Numbered from the stretch's first letter, positions 30,934 through 40,378 are shown. The stretch is 64,000 nucleotides of DNA from Patescibacteria group bacterium (GCA_035529375.1 DATKWU010000009.1:157848-221847), one strand, 5' to 3'. Program-made: numbers and translations. The notes: generated by a model not told the origin, from the sequence alone.

Positions 30934-31668
30934 TTATTCTTCTTTCTCGCCTTTATAAACCCAAACTTTCACTCCAACATAACCAAATCTAGTGGTGGCT
31001 GGAATTTGAGCATAGTCAATTTCCGCTCGCAAAGTCTGTAAAGGAATGGCTCCCTTTTTAAAAGTTTCTGTTCGACTAATTTCCGCCCCGCCGACTCGAC
31101 CTGAGAGAGCAATCTTAATCCCCTGAGCGCCGGCATCCATGGCTCGTTCAACCGTTTTATTGGCCACTCGCCGATAAGGCATCCTTTTCTCTAATTGCTG
31201 AACGACTCGAACCGCTATCAATTGGGCTGATAGTTCTGGTTCTTTGACTTCTTCAACATCCAACTCCAGATTCTTTTCTGGTTCAGTTAGACTAACCATT
31301 TTTACTAATTCCTTTTTTAAAAGCTCTAGGCCAGAACCGCCTCGACCAATGACCACTCCTGGCCGGGAAACTTTTAAGGTAATTTTCATTTTGTTAATTG
31401 ATCGTTCAATCTGAGCTTCAACGATACCGGCTAAAGCCAATTTATCCATAAGATAACGACGGATTTGATGATCCTCCAAAATATTTTTTCGATATTGTTT
31501 GGAATCACGAGCAAACCAACGTGATCGCCACTGCTTAGAATTTGTTAATCTAAATCCAAAAGGATTAACTTTTTGTCCCACGTTTTTTTCCTTTTTTAAC
31601 TTTAGTAGAAATCGGTTTTTTCTCTTTCTTGATTGATTTTTTAGCCTTTTTTTCTTCCTCACCTTCAA
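30934..31668 (-). CDS. rpsC: 30S ribosomal protein S3
   Basis: [11 protein letters not shown]... is the S3 KH domain. The true start may be the GTG at about 31581 (V-GQKVNP), since the ATG at 31668 overlaps the rplV tail by about 100 nt. Confidence 0.85.
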   Translation of the reverse strand: MKVRKKKRLKNQSRKRKNRFLLKLKKEKNVGQKVNPFGFRLTNSKQWRSRWFARDSKQYRKNILEDHQIRRYLMDKLALAGIVEAQIERSINKMKITLKVSRPGVVIGRGGSGLELLKKELVKMVSLTEPEKNLELDVEEVKEPELSAQLIAVRVVQQLEKRMPYRRVANKTVERAMDAGAQGIKIALSGRVGGAEISRTETFKKGAIPLQTLRAEIDYAQIPATTRFGYVGVKVWVYKGEKEE

Positions 31669-31987
31669 GAATAATTTTAATATGAGCCATTTTCTTCAAA
31701 ATCTGATGAACTCTGCCTTTGGCAACAAAACGATAACGTTTCATTTGAGGGCCTTCACCAATTTCTAATCTTTTAATTTTCAGATCATCTTTCTTAAGAT
31801 GAAAATTATTTTCGGCATTGGCAATCCCTTGTCTTAAAGTTTTTAATAATAATCTGGCAGCCTTTTTATTGAAACTTTTCAAGATTATCTCTGCTTCTAG
31901 AGCCTTTAGACCACGAACCTCAGCCGCTACTAAACGTAACTTCCTTGGTGTCTGGCGAACAAATTTGGTTTGAGCAATAATTTCCAT
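31565..31987 (-). CDS. rplV: 50S ribosomal protein L22
   Basis: Match to L22 with a Lys-rich C-terminal extension. Confidence 0.8.
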   Translation of the reverse strand: MEIIAQTKFVRQTPRKLRLVAAEVRGLKALEAEIILKSFNKKAARLLLKTLRQGIANAENNFHLKKDDLKIKRLEIGEGPQMKRYRFVAKGRVHQILKKMAHIKIILEGEEEKKAKKSIKKEKKPISTKVKKGKKRGTKS

Positions 31988-31993
31988 TTTTCT

Positions 31994-32278
31994 TTAAGTT
32001 TTAGTAACCATTCGCTTAACTACTCGACCATGGCCTCGAAAAGTCCGAGTCGGCGCAAATTCACCTAATCGTTGGCCAACCATGGACTCGGAAACAAAAA
32101 CATCAATAAAATTTCGACCATTATGGACCTGAAAAGTATGACCCACAAATTCTGGTGGAATTTGACTAGCTCGAGCCCAAGTTTTAATCGGCTCCTTTTT
32201 ACCTGTTCCTTTCTGGGTCATAACCTTTTTAAATAATTTTTGGTCGATATATGGTCCTTTTTTACTGGATCTACTCAT
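31994..32278 (-). CDS. rpsS: 30S ribosomal protein S19
   Basis: [15 protein letters not shown]...[10 protein letters not shown] is the S19 pattern. Confidence 0.9.
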   Translation of the reverse strand: MSRSSKKGPYIDQKLFKKVMTQKGTGKKEPIKTWARASQIPPEFVGHTFQVHNGRNFIDVFVSESMVGQRLGEFAPTRTFRGHGRVVKRMVTKT

Positions 32279-33035
32279 AGCGCCTCTTTCTGCCTTTAAT
32301 GATTAACTTATCACTATATTTCTTTGATTTTCGCGTCTTTTTCCCTAAGGTCTTTTTTCCCCAAGGTGACTTAGGGCTAGGCATACCAATCCCGGAACGA
32401 CCTTCACCACCACCGTGCGGATGAGAACTGGGATTTTGGGCCACTCCTCGAACCGAGGGGCGAATCCCCATATGCCTTTTTCTGCCCGCTTTACCTAATT
32501 TTCTGGTTTTCAATTCTGGCTTACCAACCTGACCAACAGTGGCGTAACAATCTTCCTTAATTAATCTTTGCTCGCTTGATGGTAATTTGACAATAACATA
32601 ACCTTTTTCCTTACTGGCAATCGTTGCCCCAGTACCCGCGCCGCGAACAATTTGACCACCCTTACCTGGCATTAACTCGATATTGTGGATAACTGTTCCC
32701 ACTCTAATCATCTTTAAGGGTAAGGCATTACCAGGTTTAATTTCCGCTTTTTCACCAGCCATAACCAGATCACCAACTTTTAAACCAACTGGGGTAAGAA
32801 TGTACCTTTTTGCTCCATCCGGATAGTGCAAAAGAGAGATATCGGCTCCACGATTAGGCGAGCATTCAATCGAAACGACTTTAGCTTCGATATCTCTTTT
32901 ATTTCTCCTGAAATCAATTTCCCTCAGAAACCTTTTTTGTCGACCACCCTGGTGGCGAGTTGTTACCTTGCCAAGAGCATTCCTACCCGAATGTTTCTTT
33001 AAGATTTTCTTTAATTTTTTTTCTTTTCTTGCCAT
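32271..33035 (-). CDS. rplB: 50S ribosomal protein L2
   Basis: Match to L2, including the [10 protein letters not shown]... C-terminal region. Confidence 0.9.
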   Translation of the reverse strand: MARKEKKLKKILKKHSGRNALGKVTTRHQGGRQKRFLREIDFRRNKRDIEAKVVSIECSPNRGADISLLHYPDGAKRYILTPVGLKVGDLVMAGEKAEIKPGNALPLKMIRVGTVIHNIELMPGKGGQIVRGAGTGATIASKEKGYVIVKLPSSEQRLIKEDCYATVGQVGKPELKTRKLGKAGRKRHMGIRPSVRGVAQNPSSHPHGGGEGRSGIGMPSPKSPWGKKTLGKKTRKSKKYSDKLIIKGRKRRYE

Positions 33036-33040
33036 CTTTA

Positions 33041-33334
33041 TTATTCTCCAGTTTCAAAAATATCAATTTTTTCTCCTTCAGCTAATTCAACTACGGCTTT
33101 TTTCCAATCTGGCTGCTTAATCGGTTGGCGATTACGACCACTCCGCTTAGTTTTTCCTCGAAAATTAACCGTTCTCACCTTGATAACCTTAACACCAAAT
33201 GTCTTTTCAATTACTTGGGCAATCTCTAACTTATTGGCTCTCCGATCAACCTCAAAAACATAGCGCCCCCAGGCTGACTCTTGGGTTCCTTTTTCAGTAA
33301 CAATTGGTCTTTTAAAAATATCTTTAGCTTTCAT
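33041..33334 (-). CDS. rplW: 50S ribosomal protein L23
   Basis: 97 aa protein with the conserved position and an L23 pattern. Confidence 0.85.
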   Translation of the reverse strand: MKAKDIFKRPIVTEKGTQESAWGRYVFEVDRRANKLEIAQVIEKTFGVKVIKVRTVNFRGKTKRSGRNRQPIKQPDWKKAVVELAEGEKIDIFETGE

Positions 33335-33981
33335 TATTTCAAAAAAGTCTCTTTTAATTTTTTAATACTTTCTTCCATTAAAACAATCTGTTGATGATTC
33401 AAAACTTGGTAAGTATTAAGCTGATTAGCCTGAACCAACTCAATCCCAACTAGATTCCTTGAAGCCCGAATAACGTTTTCCAAAACTTCTGGCAAAACCA
33501 AAAGAATCTTCACTTTTTTTTCCTTTTTTTCTTTTAAAGGCAAACTCGCAAGAACCGCAGCCATGATCTTAGTCTTTGGTTCCACCTTGCTCAATCCCTT
33601 AACCGCAACTATTTCTTTTTCCTTAAATTTACTTGTTAAAGCGGAAAACAAGGCTTGGCGTTTCATTTTCTTGCTCATTTTCAATTTATAATTTTCCTTG
33701 CCCGTCGGACTGTGAGCCCGACCACCACCAACAAAAATCGGGGCATAACGATCACCGTGACGGGCCCGACCCGTGCCTTTTTGACGCCAAATTTTTCTTC
33801 GGGAACCTGTGACTTCGGCCCGAGTTTTGGTTTTAGCACCGGCTTTTCTTTGATTTGAAAGATAAACCCTAATAGCCTGAGTCATTAAGAGCTGGTTAAT
33901 TTTAGCTTCAAATATCTCTTTAGGTAAACTAACTTGACCTGCCTTTCTACCAGAAATTGTGTAGAGATCTGCTTTAGCCAT
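33334..33981 (-). CDS. rplD: 50S ribosomal protein L4
   Basis: 215 aa protein with the conserved position and an L4 pattern. Confidence 0.85.
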   Translation of the reverse strand: MAKADLYTISGRKAGQVSLPKEIFEAKINQLLMTQAIRVYLSNQRKAGAKTKTRAEVTGSRRKIWRQKGTGRARHGDRYAPIFVGGGRAHSPTGKENYKLKMSKKMKRQALFSALTSKFKEKEIVAVKGLSKVEPKTKIMAAVLASLPLKEKKEKKVKILLVLPEVLENVIRASRNLVGIELVQANQLNTYQVLNHQQIVLMEESIKKLKETFLK

Positions 33982-34837
33982 TTTCTTTTACCTCCTCAGT
34001 TTGTTTTTCTTTTGGTTTTTCCTCTTTTTTCTCTCCTGGTTTTTCCTCTTGACCTGATTCTGGTTTAGTTTTAGCTGCTTCGGCGGCAGTCAAAGATTCT
34101 TTAGCTTCTTTTTCTCGCCGCAAACGCTCAATTCGCTGTCCCTCAGTTTCTTCAATCTCTTTCTTACCCATCTCCATTAAAGGTACAAACCGCTTGTCTT
34201 TGCCTGTTTTGGTAATAATCAAAAACCCATTTCGGGCTCCTGGAACCAATCCTTTAATTAATAATTCTTCATTTTCCTCATCAACTGCCTGGAGTGTTAA
34301 TCCCTTAACCGCTATTCGGGCGTTACCGGATCGACCTGGCATTTTCTTGCCTTTGTGAACCCTACCGGGTGTGGTGCCTTGGCCAATTGAACCTGGTGCT
34401 CTTTCTCGATCAGATTGACCATGAGTTCGCGGTCCACCTTTAAAGCCCCAGCGTTTCATTACACCGGTAAAACCCTTGCCTTTTGACCAACCAGTCACTT
34501 TTACCTGGTCGCCCGGCTGAAAAATATCAGTAATCTTAATTCGTCCGCCCACTTTAATCTCATCCCCAAAAGGCTTCTCTAATCTAATTTCCCGCAAAAA
34601 ACGAGGAGCCTTTTCTAATTTGGCTCCTTTTAAGTGTCCTTTTAATGGCTTCTTAATCTTAGTTATTTTTTTCTCCCCCCAACCAATCTGAACTGCATGA
34701 TAGCCGTCTTTCTTCTCTTTCCGAACCTGAACCACATGACAAGGCCCAGCTTTAACTCTGGTTACTGGTATTCTTGTTCCGTCTTGAGTAAATCTCTGAT
34801 TTACCTCTTTTTTTATGCCTAAAATCGCGTTCAGCAT
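33974..34837 (-). CDS. rplC: 50S ribosomal protein L3, with an acid/Lys-rich C-terminal extension of about 85 aa
   Basis: The start is taken at MLNAILGIKKEV (34837), whereas the ORF track extends to 34867. The ...FTGVMKRWGFKGGPRTHGQSDRERAPGSIGQ core is L3. The tail EEKPGEKKEEKPKEKQTEEVKENG is atypical for L3. Confidence 0.85.
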   Translation of the reverse strand: MLNAILGIKKEVNQRFTQDGTRIPVTRVKAGPCHVVQVRKEKKDGYHAVQIGWGEKKITKIKKPLKGHLKGAKLEKAPRFLREIRLEKPFGDEIKVGGRIKITDIFQPGDQVKVTGWSKGKGFTGVMKRWGFKGGPRTHGQSDRERAPGSIGQGTTPGRVHKGKKMPGRSGNARIAVKGLTLQAVDEENEELLIKGLVPGARNGFLIITKTGKDKRFVPLMEMGKKEIEETEGQRIERLRREKEAKESLTAAEAAKTKPESGQEEKPGEKKEEKPKEKQTEEVKENG

Positions 34838-34846
34838 TTTGACCAC

Positions 34847-34870
34847 CAAAAAGAGTGCCGGAGGCACTCT
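34847..34870 (-). terminator. Hairpin plus T-run immediately upstream of the rplC start (terminator or attenuator)
   Basis: The minus strand reads AGAGUGCC-UCC-GGCACUCU followed by UUUUUGGUGG and then 6 nt to the rplC ATG. The perfect 8-bp stem sits about 155 nt downstream of the methyltransferase stop. Confidence 0.5.
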
Positions 34871-35025
34871 TAGGATTACTCCATTAACTAAATTAGTTTA
34901 ATTTCAATAGGTGTTTAACCTCACCTCCATTACTGAGTATTATAGAAAAATTTAGGATAAAAAGCAAGCTGATTCTTAGTGTAATAGAAAATGTTCGAAC
35001 CGCGACAATTTTAAGAGAAAATTCT

Positions 35026-35721
35026 TTATTTTTTAATCGCTTTTATTAATAGCCTGGTAGGAACAGAAGAATATTTCTTATATTCCGTCAAGTTTTTTTT
35101 GGCTTCTTCGCCCATAGGAATTGGCTCTTCAACAGTCATTAAGTCAAAACCAGAATTTATTGTTGTATTAATGTAATCTGAAATCTTTTTCGGATGATAT
35201 TCAATTTCTGTTCCCCAAGGCGTTTTTTCTATCTTTACTTTATTACTGAAGTATTCTGAATGATTAGTAACAAACCGAAGTGGGTGAATAGCAATAAGAA
35301 ATAGATATCCTCCTCTTACTAACCATCTGGAGATATTCTCCATTGTTTTCTTAAAATCCTTTTGACTTAAGTAATTAAAAGTCATATTACTTACGACAAG
35401 GTCTAAGCTTTCACTCCGTAGTTTTAAATTAGGCAAGTCTGCCTGTATAAGTTTCACATTAGGAAAAGACTTTCGGGTGATATTTAGCATATCGGAACTT
35501 ATGTCAGTTCCGATAAGATTTTTTTCCTGCACTCCCAAATCGAAAAGAAGTTTCATTGTTCTCCCAGCCCCACAACCAGCATCAAGAACCTGCATATCAC
35601 TTTTCAATATTGGTTTTAAGTGCTTTTCTATTGCTGGTTTTTCTATAAATTTCCAACTAAATGATTTCTCTGAAAACTGGACATACTTGGCGGCTTGGGC
35701 GCCTGAATACTTTATTTTCAT
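35026..35721 (-). CDS. Class I SAM-dependent methyltransferase
   Basis: Motif I VLDAGCGAGR and a DISSDM acidic motif II region. Length is 231 aa. Confidence 0.6.
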   Translation of the reverse strand: MKIKYSGAQAAKYVQFSEKSFSWKFIEKPAIEKHLKPILKSDMQVLDAGCGAGRTMKLLFDLGVQEKNLIGTDISSDMLNITRKSFPNVKLIQADLPNLKLRSESLDLVVSNMTFNYLSQKDFKKTMENISRWLVRGGYLFLIAIHPLRFVTNHSEYFSNKVKIEKTPWGTEIEYHPKKISDYINTTINSGFDLMTVEEPIPMGEEAKKNLTEYKKYSSVPTRLLIKAIKK

Positions 35722-35753
35722 GGGGCTAATTATACTTGAAAAACAAATTATAT

Positions 35754-36965
35754 TCAGTCAACAAAAGTCAGGGCTACACCCTTTTTTCCCATTCTTCCTG
35801 TTCTACCTATCCGATGGACATAATCACCATATGTTCTTGGTACGTCATAGTTGATGACATGAGTCACATTCTCTATGTCAATCCCTCTGGAAGCCACATC
35901 TGTCGCCAGTAAAATCTGAACCTCATTATTCTTTAACATATTCAAAGCCCGCAACCTCTGTCCCTGGCTCTTGTTACCATGAATCGCCGCAGCTTTGAAA
36001 CCTCTCTGGGTTAGATTTGCTTCAAGCTTGTTCACTCCCCATTTGGTTCGGCCAAAAACCAAAACCTTCCTAAATTCCTCTTTAATCAACAGCTGGTGAA
36101 GAATCTCAAGTTTGTTTTTGCCCCGAGTTCGAATTATGTCTTGATCAACATTTTGAGGAGTCACACCGGTTTTTACCGACACTGTTACTGGATCAACTAA
36201 AAAACTTTGCATAATCACCTCAGTTTCCTTTGGTATCGTTGCCGAGAAGAATAAAGATTGGCGACTCTTTGGTAAAAATGAAATAATATGTCGGATATCG
36301 TTGATAAATCCCATGTCCAACATACGATCAACTTCATCTAAGACCACGTTTCCGTATTGACTTAAGTTCAAAATCCGTCGTCCTTCTAGATCCTTTATCC
36401 TCCCAGGGGTTCCAATCACAAAATTTGGCTGACGTGACAACTCGCGTGCCTGGACATTCAGTGAGGCACCTCCAATACATAGTGTTGAGAAAACTCTCGT
36501 ACCCAAACTAAACAATTTAAATTCGTCTTGAATCTGTGAAGCTAGTTCGCGAGTAGGTGCCACGATTAAAACCTTTTGACTTCGATCTTTTGACACTTTT
36601 GTAATCAAAGGTAGTAAAAAAGCCGCTGTTTTTCCAGTTCCTGTGTTGGCAAGACCAACCAAGTCCCTTCCTTCCAATACGGGAAGTATTGCCTGGTCTT
36701 GAATTGCAGTCGGCTTGTCAAAACCACGCACTAGAATATTCTTTTTTACAGTTTCATCCAAAGGAAAGTCTGAAAAACTATTCGCTGGCACATATGGCAT
36801 TTCGACAACGTCAATAGCCTTTTTGACAAACATAAGTGGGTTCAAGGAAGCACCTTTGCTTCGGTATCTACCTTGACCTCCTGATCTGTTTGGTCGATAT
36901 TGACCAAAAGATCTATTATTCTGCCCGCGAAAACCACGGGAACGATCGCGCTTAAAATTTCTCAT
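35754..36965 (-). CDS. DEAD-box ATP-dependent RNA helicase with an arginine-rich N-terminal leader
   Basis: Q-motif and motif I GLANTGTGKTAAF, motif II VLDEVDRM, SAT, and motif VI HRIGRTGR. The 40-aa N-terminal leader MRNFKRDRSRGFRGQNNRSFGQYRPNRSGGQGRYRSKG is unusual. Confidence 0.85.
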   Translation of the reverse strand: MRNFKRDRSRGFRGQNNRSFGQYRPNRSGGQGRYRSKGASLNPLMFVKKAIDVVEMPYVPANSFSDFPLDETVKKNILVRGFDKPTAIQDQAILPVLEGRDLVGLANTGTGKTAAFLLPLITKVSKDRSQKVLIVAPTRELASQIQDEFKLFSLGTRVFSTLCIGGASLNVQARELSRQPNFVIGTPGRIKDLEGRRILNLSQYGNVVLDEVDRMLDMGFINDIRHIISFLPKSRQSLFFSATIPKETEVIMQSFLVDPVTVSVKTGVTPQNVDQDIIRTRGKNKLEILHQLLIKEEFRKVLVFGRTKWGVNKLEANLTQRGFKAAAIHGNKSQGQRLRALNMLKNNEVQILLATDVASRGIDIENVTHVINYDVPRTYGDYVHRIGRTGRMGKKGVALTFVD

Positions 36966-37135
36966 TTTTATTATATTAATGGCTTTAAAGGAGACGATTT
37001 GAAAAAAGGGGAAGATACGAATACCTAAACCAAATAAACCGACTCAAATCAGTATTAACTACTGATCAATATTTAAAGCTAACGGAAAGCATTGTAACAC
37101 ATCTAATTATCACTGTCAAACTATAGGATATTTGC

Positions 37136-37639
37136 TCACTTTTTCCCTTTAGTATCTTTTTTCTTGACTGGCGTTAACACTTCAATAGCTTTATCTGCTT
37201 TCTTGATTGTTGATTTTTTACTCTTTTTCGCCTTATTCTCTACCAACTTTGGTTTCTTCTCCCCGACCGACGATAGCAAATCAATAATTATATCAAGCCT
37301 GGTATTTAGAATTTCAATTTTTTCTACAAGTTGTGAAATGCTACGACTATTTATATCGCTTTGCGAAGGCCTTCTTGAATCTCTGTCGCCAAAACTTCTT
37401 CTGGGAGAACCTCTTCTGTCTCTTGATCTATCACTATCGCTTCCGCCTTTCTTCTCAAAACAGTCACTGCAATATACTGGCTTCTCACCGCTTGGCCTGA
37501 AGGGTACTTGACAATCCTTGCCACATTCATCGCAAACTGCATTGTGCAATAAAGGCCTTCTTGAATCTCTGTCGCCAAAACTTCTTCTGGGAGAACCTCT
37601 TCTGTCTCTTGATCTATCACCTGGATTAAAGTTTCTCAT
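37136..37639 (-). CDS. Arginine-rich (RSFG-repeat) protein with a CxxC...CxxC zinc ribbon and a Lys-rich coiled-coil tail
   Basis: MRNFNPGDRSRDRRGSPRRSFGDRDSRRP appears twice, flanking CDECGKDCQVPFRPSGEKPVYCSDCF. The N-terminus is homologous to the leader of the downstream DEAD-box helicase. Confidence 0.5.
   Translation of the reverse strand: MRNFNPGDRSRDRRGSPRRSFGDRDSRRPLLHNAVCDECGKDCQVPFRPSGEKPVYCSDCFEKKGGSDSDRSRDRRGSPRRSFGDRDSRRPSQSDINSRSISQLVEKIEILNTRLDIIIDLLSSVGEKKPKLVENKAKKSKKSTIKKADKAIEVLTPVKKKDTKGKK
37367..37620. repeat. Exact 69-bp direct repeat (copies at about 37367..37435 and 37552..37620) inside the arginine-rich gene
   Basis: aaggccttcttgaatctctgtcgccaaaacttcttctgggagaacctcttctgtctcttgatctatcac occurs twice, identically, about 116 bp apart. 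It encodes the duplicated DRSRDRRGSPRRSFGDRDSRRP peptide. Confidence 0.8.
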
Positions 37640-37883
37640 AAATGCTCCTACTAAATATTAAATATATTAGTGAGTATATGTATTATTAGTATAAATAGCA
37701 AGGAATACTGTAAAAAAATGCAAATAATTGATGAAATAGGAACGGTTTTTAAATAGTCTCGATACTCGTAATTTTGGTTATATTAAGTTGTAAACTGCTC
37801 AGGATAATAGAAAATGTTTGAACTGCTGTTCAGACTAAAGAATACGCTTATACTTCTTGTTAAATAAAAGCTTTTTAATAACC

Positions 37884-38930
37884 TTAATCTTTTAAGGCTT
37901 TATCAAAAAAATCTACTGAACGTTGGAGTGCTGTATCTAAGTTATTAGAAAGATTATGATTGTCTCCTTCATAAGTGTATAACTCTACGGGCTTGCCGGC
38001 ATTTCTCAACGCTTCATCTAATCTCTGACTAAACAGGAGTGGTACTTCATCATCTGCCGTCCCATGTTGAAGCTGTATCGGGCCGGAAATGTCTTTGACA
38101 AACGATATGGGTGAAATTGACTGCCAAAACTGGGGATTTTCTTCAAAGTTACCGTATTTATCAATCAGTTCCTGTCTTCCTGGCCGTCTTTCCGCCTGTT
38201 CTCTTTGCGAAGGCACCCAAGGCTGAGGATTATGAACTGGATGATGCCAGTTTATGGCTAAATCTTCATAAGAAGCCACTACTCCTGCCCAGATTTCTCC
38301 TGCCTTAATATCTTCTGTTACTACCATTGAACGCAAAACTATCATTCCTCCCATAGAATGACCCCACATGCCGATTCTTTCTGGGTCAGCATCTTTATAT
38401 TTTTTCATCGATGAAACAGCATTCAAAACATCTACTGTATAGGCTGATGAATAATAAGCGCCTTCTGGTTTGCCTTCTGAATTGCCGTGCCCCCTAAAAT
38501 CGGGTTTAAAAACAAGATATCCATTCCTGGAGAAAGCATCAATGTAAGCAACATATTTCTCGGTTGTTCTATACTGTTCTGGTTGAATGTAGCCGTGGTT
38601 AAAAACAATCACCGGCCAGCCGGTCTCAGGTTGTTCTCCTTGTGGTATCGTTAACAGAGCATAAATTTTTAAACCGTCTGATTTATAAGAAGCAATGTAT
38701 CTATTGTAATTTGAGCCGGGAGGCAGTGTCTGTTCGATAACAATATCGCTTCCGGGGTATTCCTGCTTCCTCATATATTCTATGGAGAGAGAGTTGGGTT
38801 CGTTTGTCAATCCGCCGAGGTTCTGCTCATTTATTTCTTTGGGAATACTTTTAAAGAAGCGGTTATAAGTGATAGTGCCGCCGAATATACATACAACAAT
38901 AATAGAAATAACAAGAGTACGTTTTCTCAT
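37884..38930 (-). CDS. Secreted or membrane-anchored alpha/beta hydrolase (prolyl-oligopeptidase/S9 or dienelactone-hydrolase-like)
   Basis: N-terminal TM/signal segment TLVISIIVVCIFGG and a nucleophile elbow GHSMGG, with later Asp/His residues (GTADDEV, GDNHNL). A TATAAT box lies 12 nt upstream with no SD. Confidence 0.6.
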   Translation of the reverse strand: MRKRTLVISIIVVCIFGGTITYNRFFKSIPKEINEQNLGGLTNEPNSLSIEYMRKQEYPGSDIVIEQTLPPGSNYNRYIASYKSDGLKIYALLTIPQGEQPETGWPVIVFNHGYIQPEQYRTTEKYVAYIDAFSRNGYLVFKPDFRGHGNSEGKPEGAYYSSAYTVDVLNAVSSMKKYKDADPERIGMWGHSMGGMIVLRSMVVTEDIKAGEIWAGVVASYEDLAINWHHPVHNPQPWVPSQREQAERRPGRQELIDKYGNFEENPQFWQSISPISFVKDISGPIQLQHGTADDEVPLLFSQRLDEALRNAGKPVELYTYEGDNHNLSNNLDTALQRSVDFFDKALKD

Positions 38931-39076
38931 TTTGCACAAAAAAAATTATTATACCAGGTTTTTCTGACAAAATCATAAAGAAAATTACTTCTGGTTTTTG
39001 AAGATTTTAAGTTTGTGCAGGAATTGAGGGAGGAAATAAAAAAACTAACCTCTCAAGAGGCATTAATAGGCTGTTG

Positions 39077-39745
39077 TTAATTACTCAGCCTATTTCCCCT
39101 CCCTGGATGGGCCGGAACCTGTGCGCCAGCAAACCAATCATTGATTCCGTTATATAAAGATTGGGCAATCTGCTGTTGCCGGTTTCCAGTACCATCAGTT
39201 AATAAACCACATTCAGTCATATTTGATATAAAAGCTACTTCCTGAATAGTGGCGGGCATTTCCGCTTTAAGAATTACTCCAGAGGCAAACTGCAATAATC
39301 CTCCATTGCCAATTCCCAAGCTCGGATATAGTTGATTATGGATTGTCGAGGCTAAATCAATGTCTTTTTTCCATTTAGCGTACAATCCTTGAGTGTAATT
39401 CAATTCATGGTCGGTTGAACCGTTGAAATGAATGGAAACCAGAATTTCACCATCTGTATTGTTGGCAAGAGTGTATCTATCTCTATTGGTCATATAGACA
39501 TCGCTTTCTCTAGTCATGTAAACTGTTACATCGGGCTCAAGCAGTGCTTTTAGCCTTTTTGCTACATCTAAATTTGCATCAGCCTCTGATAAACCAGGAC
39601 ACTCCATTGAACCAGGCTCATCGCCGCCGTGTCCAGCGTCAATGACTATTTTGTGGCCAGTTGCCTCTGCCGTATTGGAAACAAACACTAATGACGCAAC
39701 CCACAATAACAAAACCAAAACAAGAAATACTATTTTTTTATTCAT
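39077..39745 (-). CDS. N-acetylmuramoyl-L-alanine amidase (Amidase_3 family) with a signal peptide
   Basis: KIVIDAGHGGDEPG zinc-site motif and SIHFNG. The start is at the ATG (MNKKIV...) downstream of the AAAGGGGGTGA SD. Confidence 0.7.
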   Translation of the reverse strand: MNKKIVFLVLVLLLWVASLVFVSNTAEATGHKIVIDAGHGGDEPGSMECPGLSEADANLDVAKRLKALLEPDVTVYMTRESDVYMTNRDRYTLANNTDGEILVSIHFNGSTDHELNYTQGLYAKWKKDIDLASTIHNQLYPSLGIGNGGLLQFASGVILKAEMPATIQEVAFISNMTECGLLTDGTGNRQQQIAQSLYNGINDWFAGAQVPAHPGRGNRLSN

Positions 39746-39775
39746 CCATTTCACCCCCTTTCAAACACTAGTTTT

Positions 39776-40378
39776 TTATCTGTAAAACAGTCTGATAAGC
39801 CAGCCGAAAATACTTCCGACCTGCTCTTCTGCCTGAATCTGCTCTTCTAAACTCGTATTCTGCTCAACCAGAGCCTGAATCGCTTCCTCAAGTTGGGTTT
39901 CATCAGCCTGGTTAGCTACTTGGTTTTGCAGTTGAGTTAACTGCCGGATTCTAAGCTGATTTTGTTCCATTTGTTGCTTGAGGTTTTTGATGGCTCCGTA
40001 GTCAGGACCAAACAACTTTTTCATTAAACCTGACCTGGATTCCAATTTGTTCAATTGAGTCTGAGTCTGTGTTTGAGTCTGGACCTGTTCCTGGGCAATA
40101 TTTCTTACCTGACTGCCGACTTCCTCATTTAAACCTTCCATGTCCATTAACTGCTCCATGTGCTGTGTGGCCACCTGCAATTGGGTTTCTTCTCCTTGAT
40201 TTTGAGTTTGGACCTGATTTTGATTCTGAACTTGGTTGCCTTGGGGAGTTGGCGAACCGCTAAGGTGGGTAGATGGGTCCTGGACTTTATTTTGCTGCTG
40301 GACTCCTTGAGCTGATACAAAAGAGGGAACAAGTATTAACGCTAACGCGATTATTGATGTTGCAATCAATTTCTTCAA
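39776..40378 (-). CDS. Secreted Gln-rich coiled-coil protein with a C-terminal hydrophobic tail
   Basis: Signal peptide KKLIATSIIALALILVPSFVSA, QTQTQTQ tracts and a C-terminal SIFGWLIRLFYR. A probable TTG start lies 8 nt after AAGGAGGTG. Confidence 0.45.
   Translation of the reverse strand: MKKLIATSIIALALILVPSFVSAQGVQQQNKVQDPSTHLSGSPTPQGNQVQNQNQVQTQNQGEETQLQVATQHMEQLMDMEGLNEEVGSQVRNIAQEQVQTQTQTQTQLNKLESRSGLMKKLFGPDYGAIKNLKQQMEQNQLRIRQLTQLQNQVANQADETQLEEAIQALVEQNTSLEEQIQAEEQVGSIFGWLIRLFYR

Noticed and set aside
37351-37620. 89-aa ORF (MIDQETEEVLPEEV... repeated) on the minus strand.
   Set aside because: It is the alternate reading frame of the 69-bp direct repeats inside the arginine-rich gene. 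Its internal repetition simply mirrors the DNA repeat.
37367-37620. Whether the 69-bp perfect repeats could be a CRISPR array.
   Set aside because: There are only two copies, they lie inside a coding sequence and encode a repeated peptide, the spacer is not unique-looking, and no cas genes are nearby.
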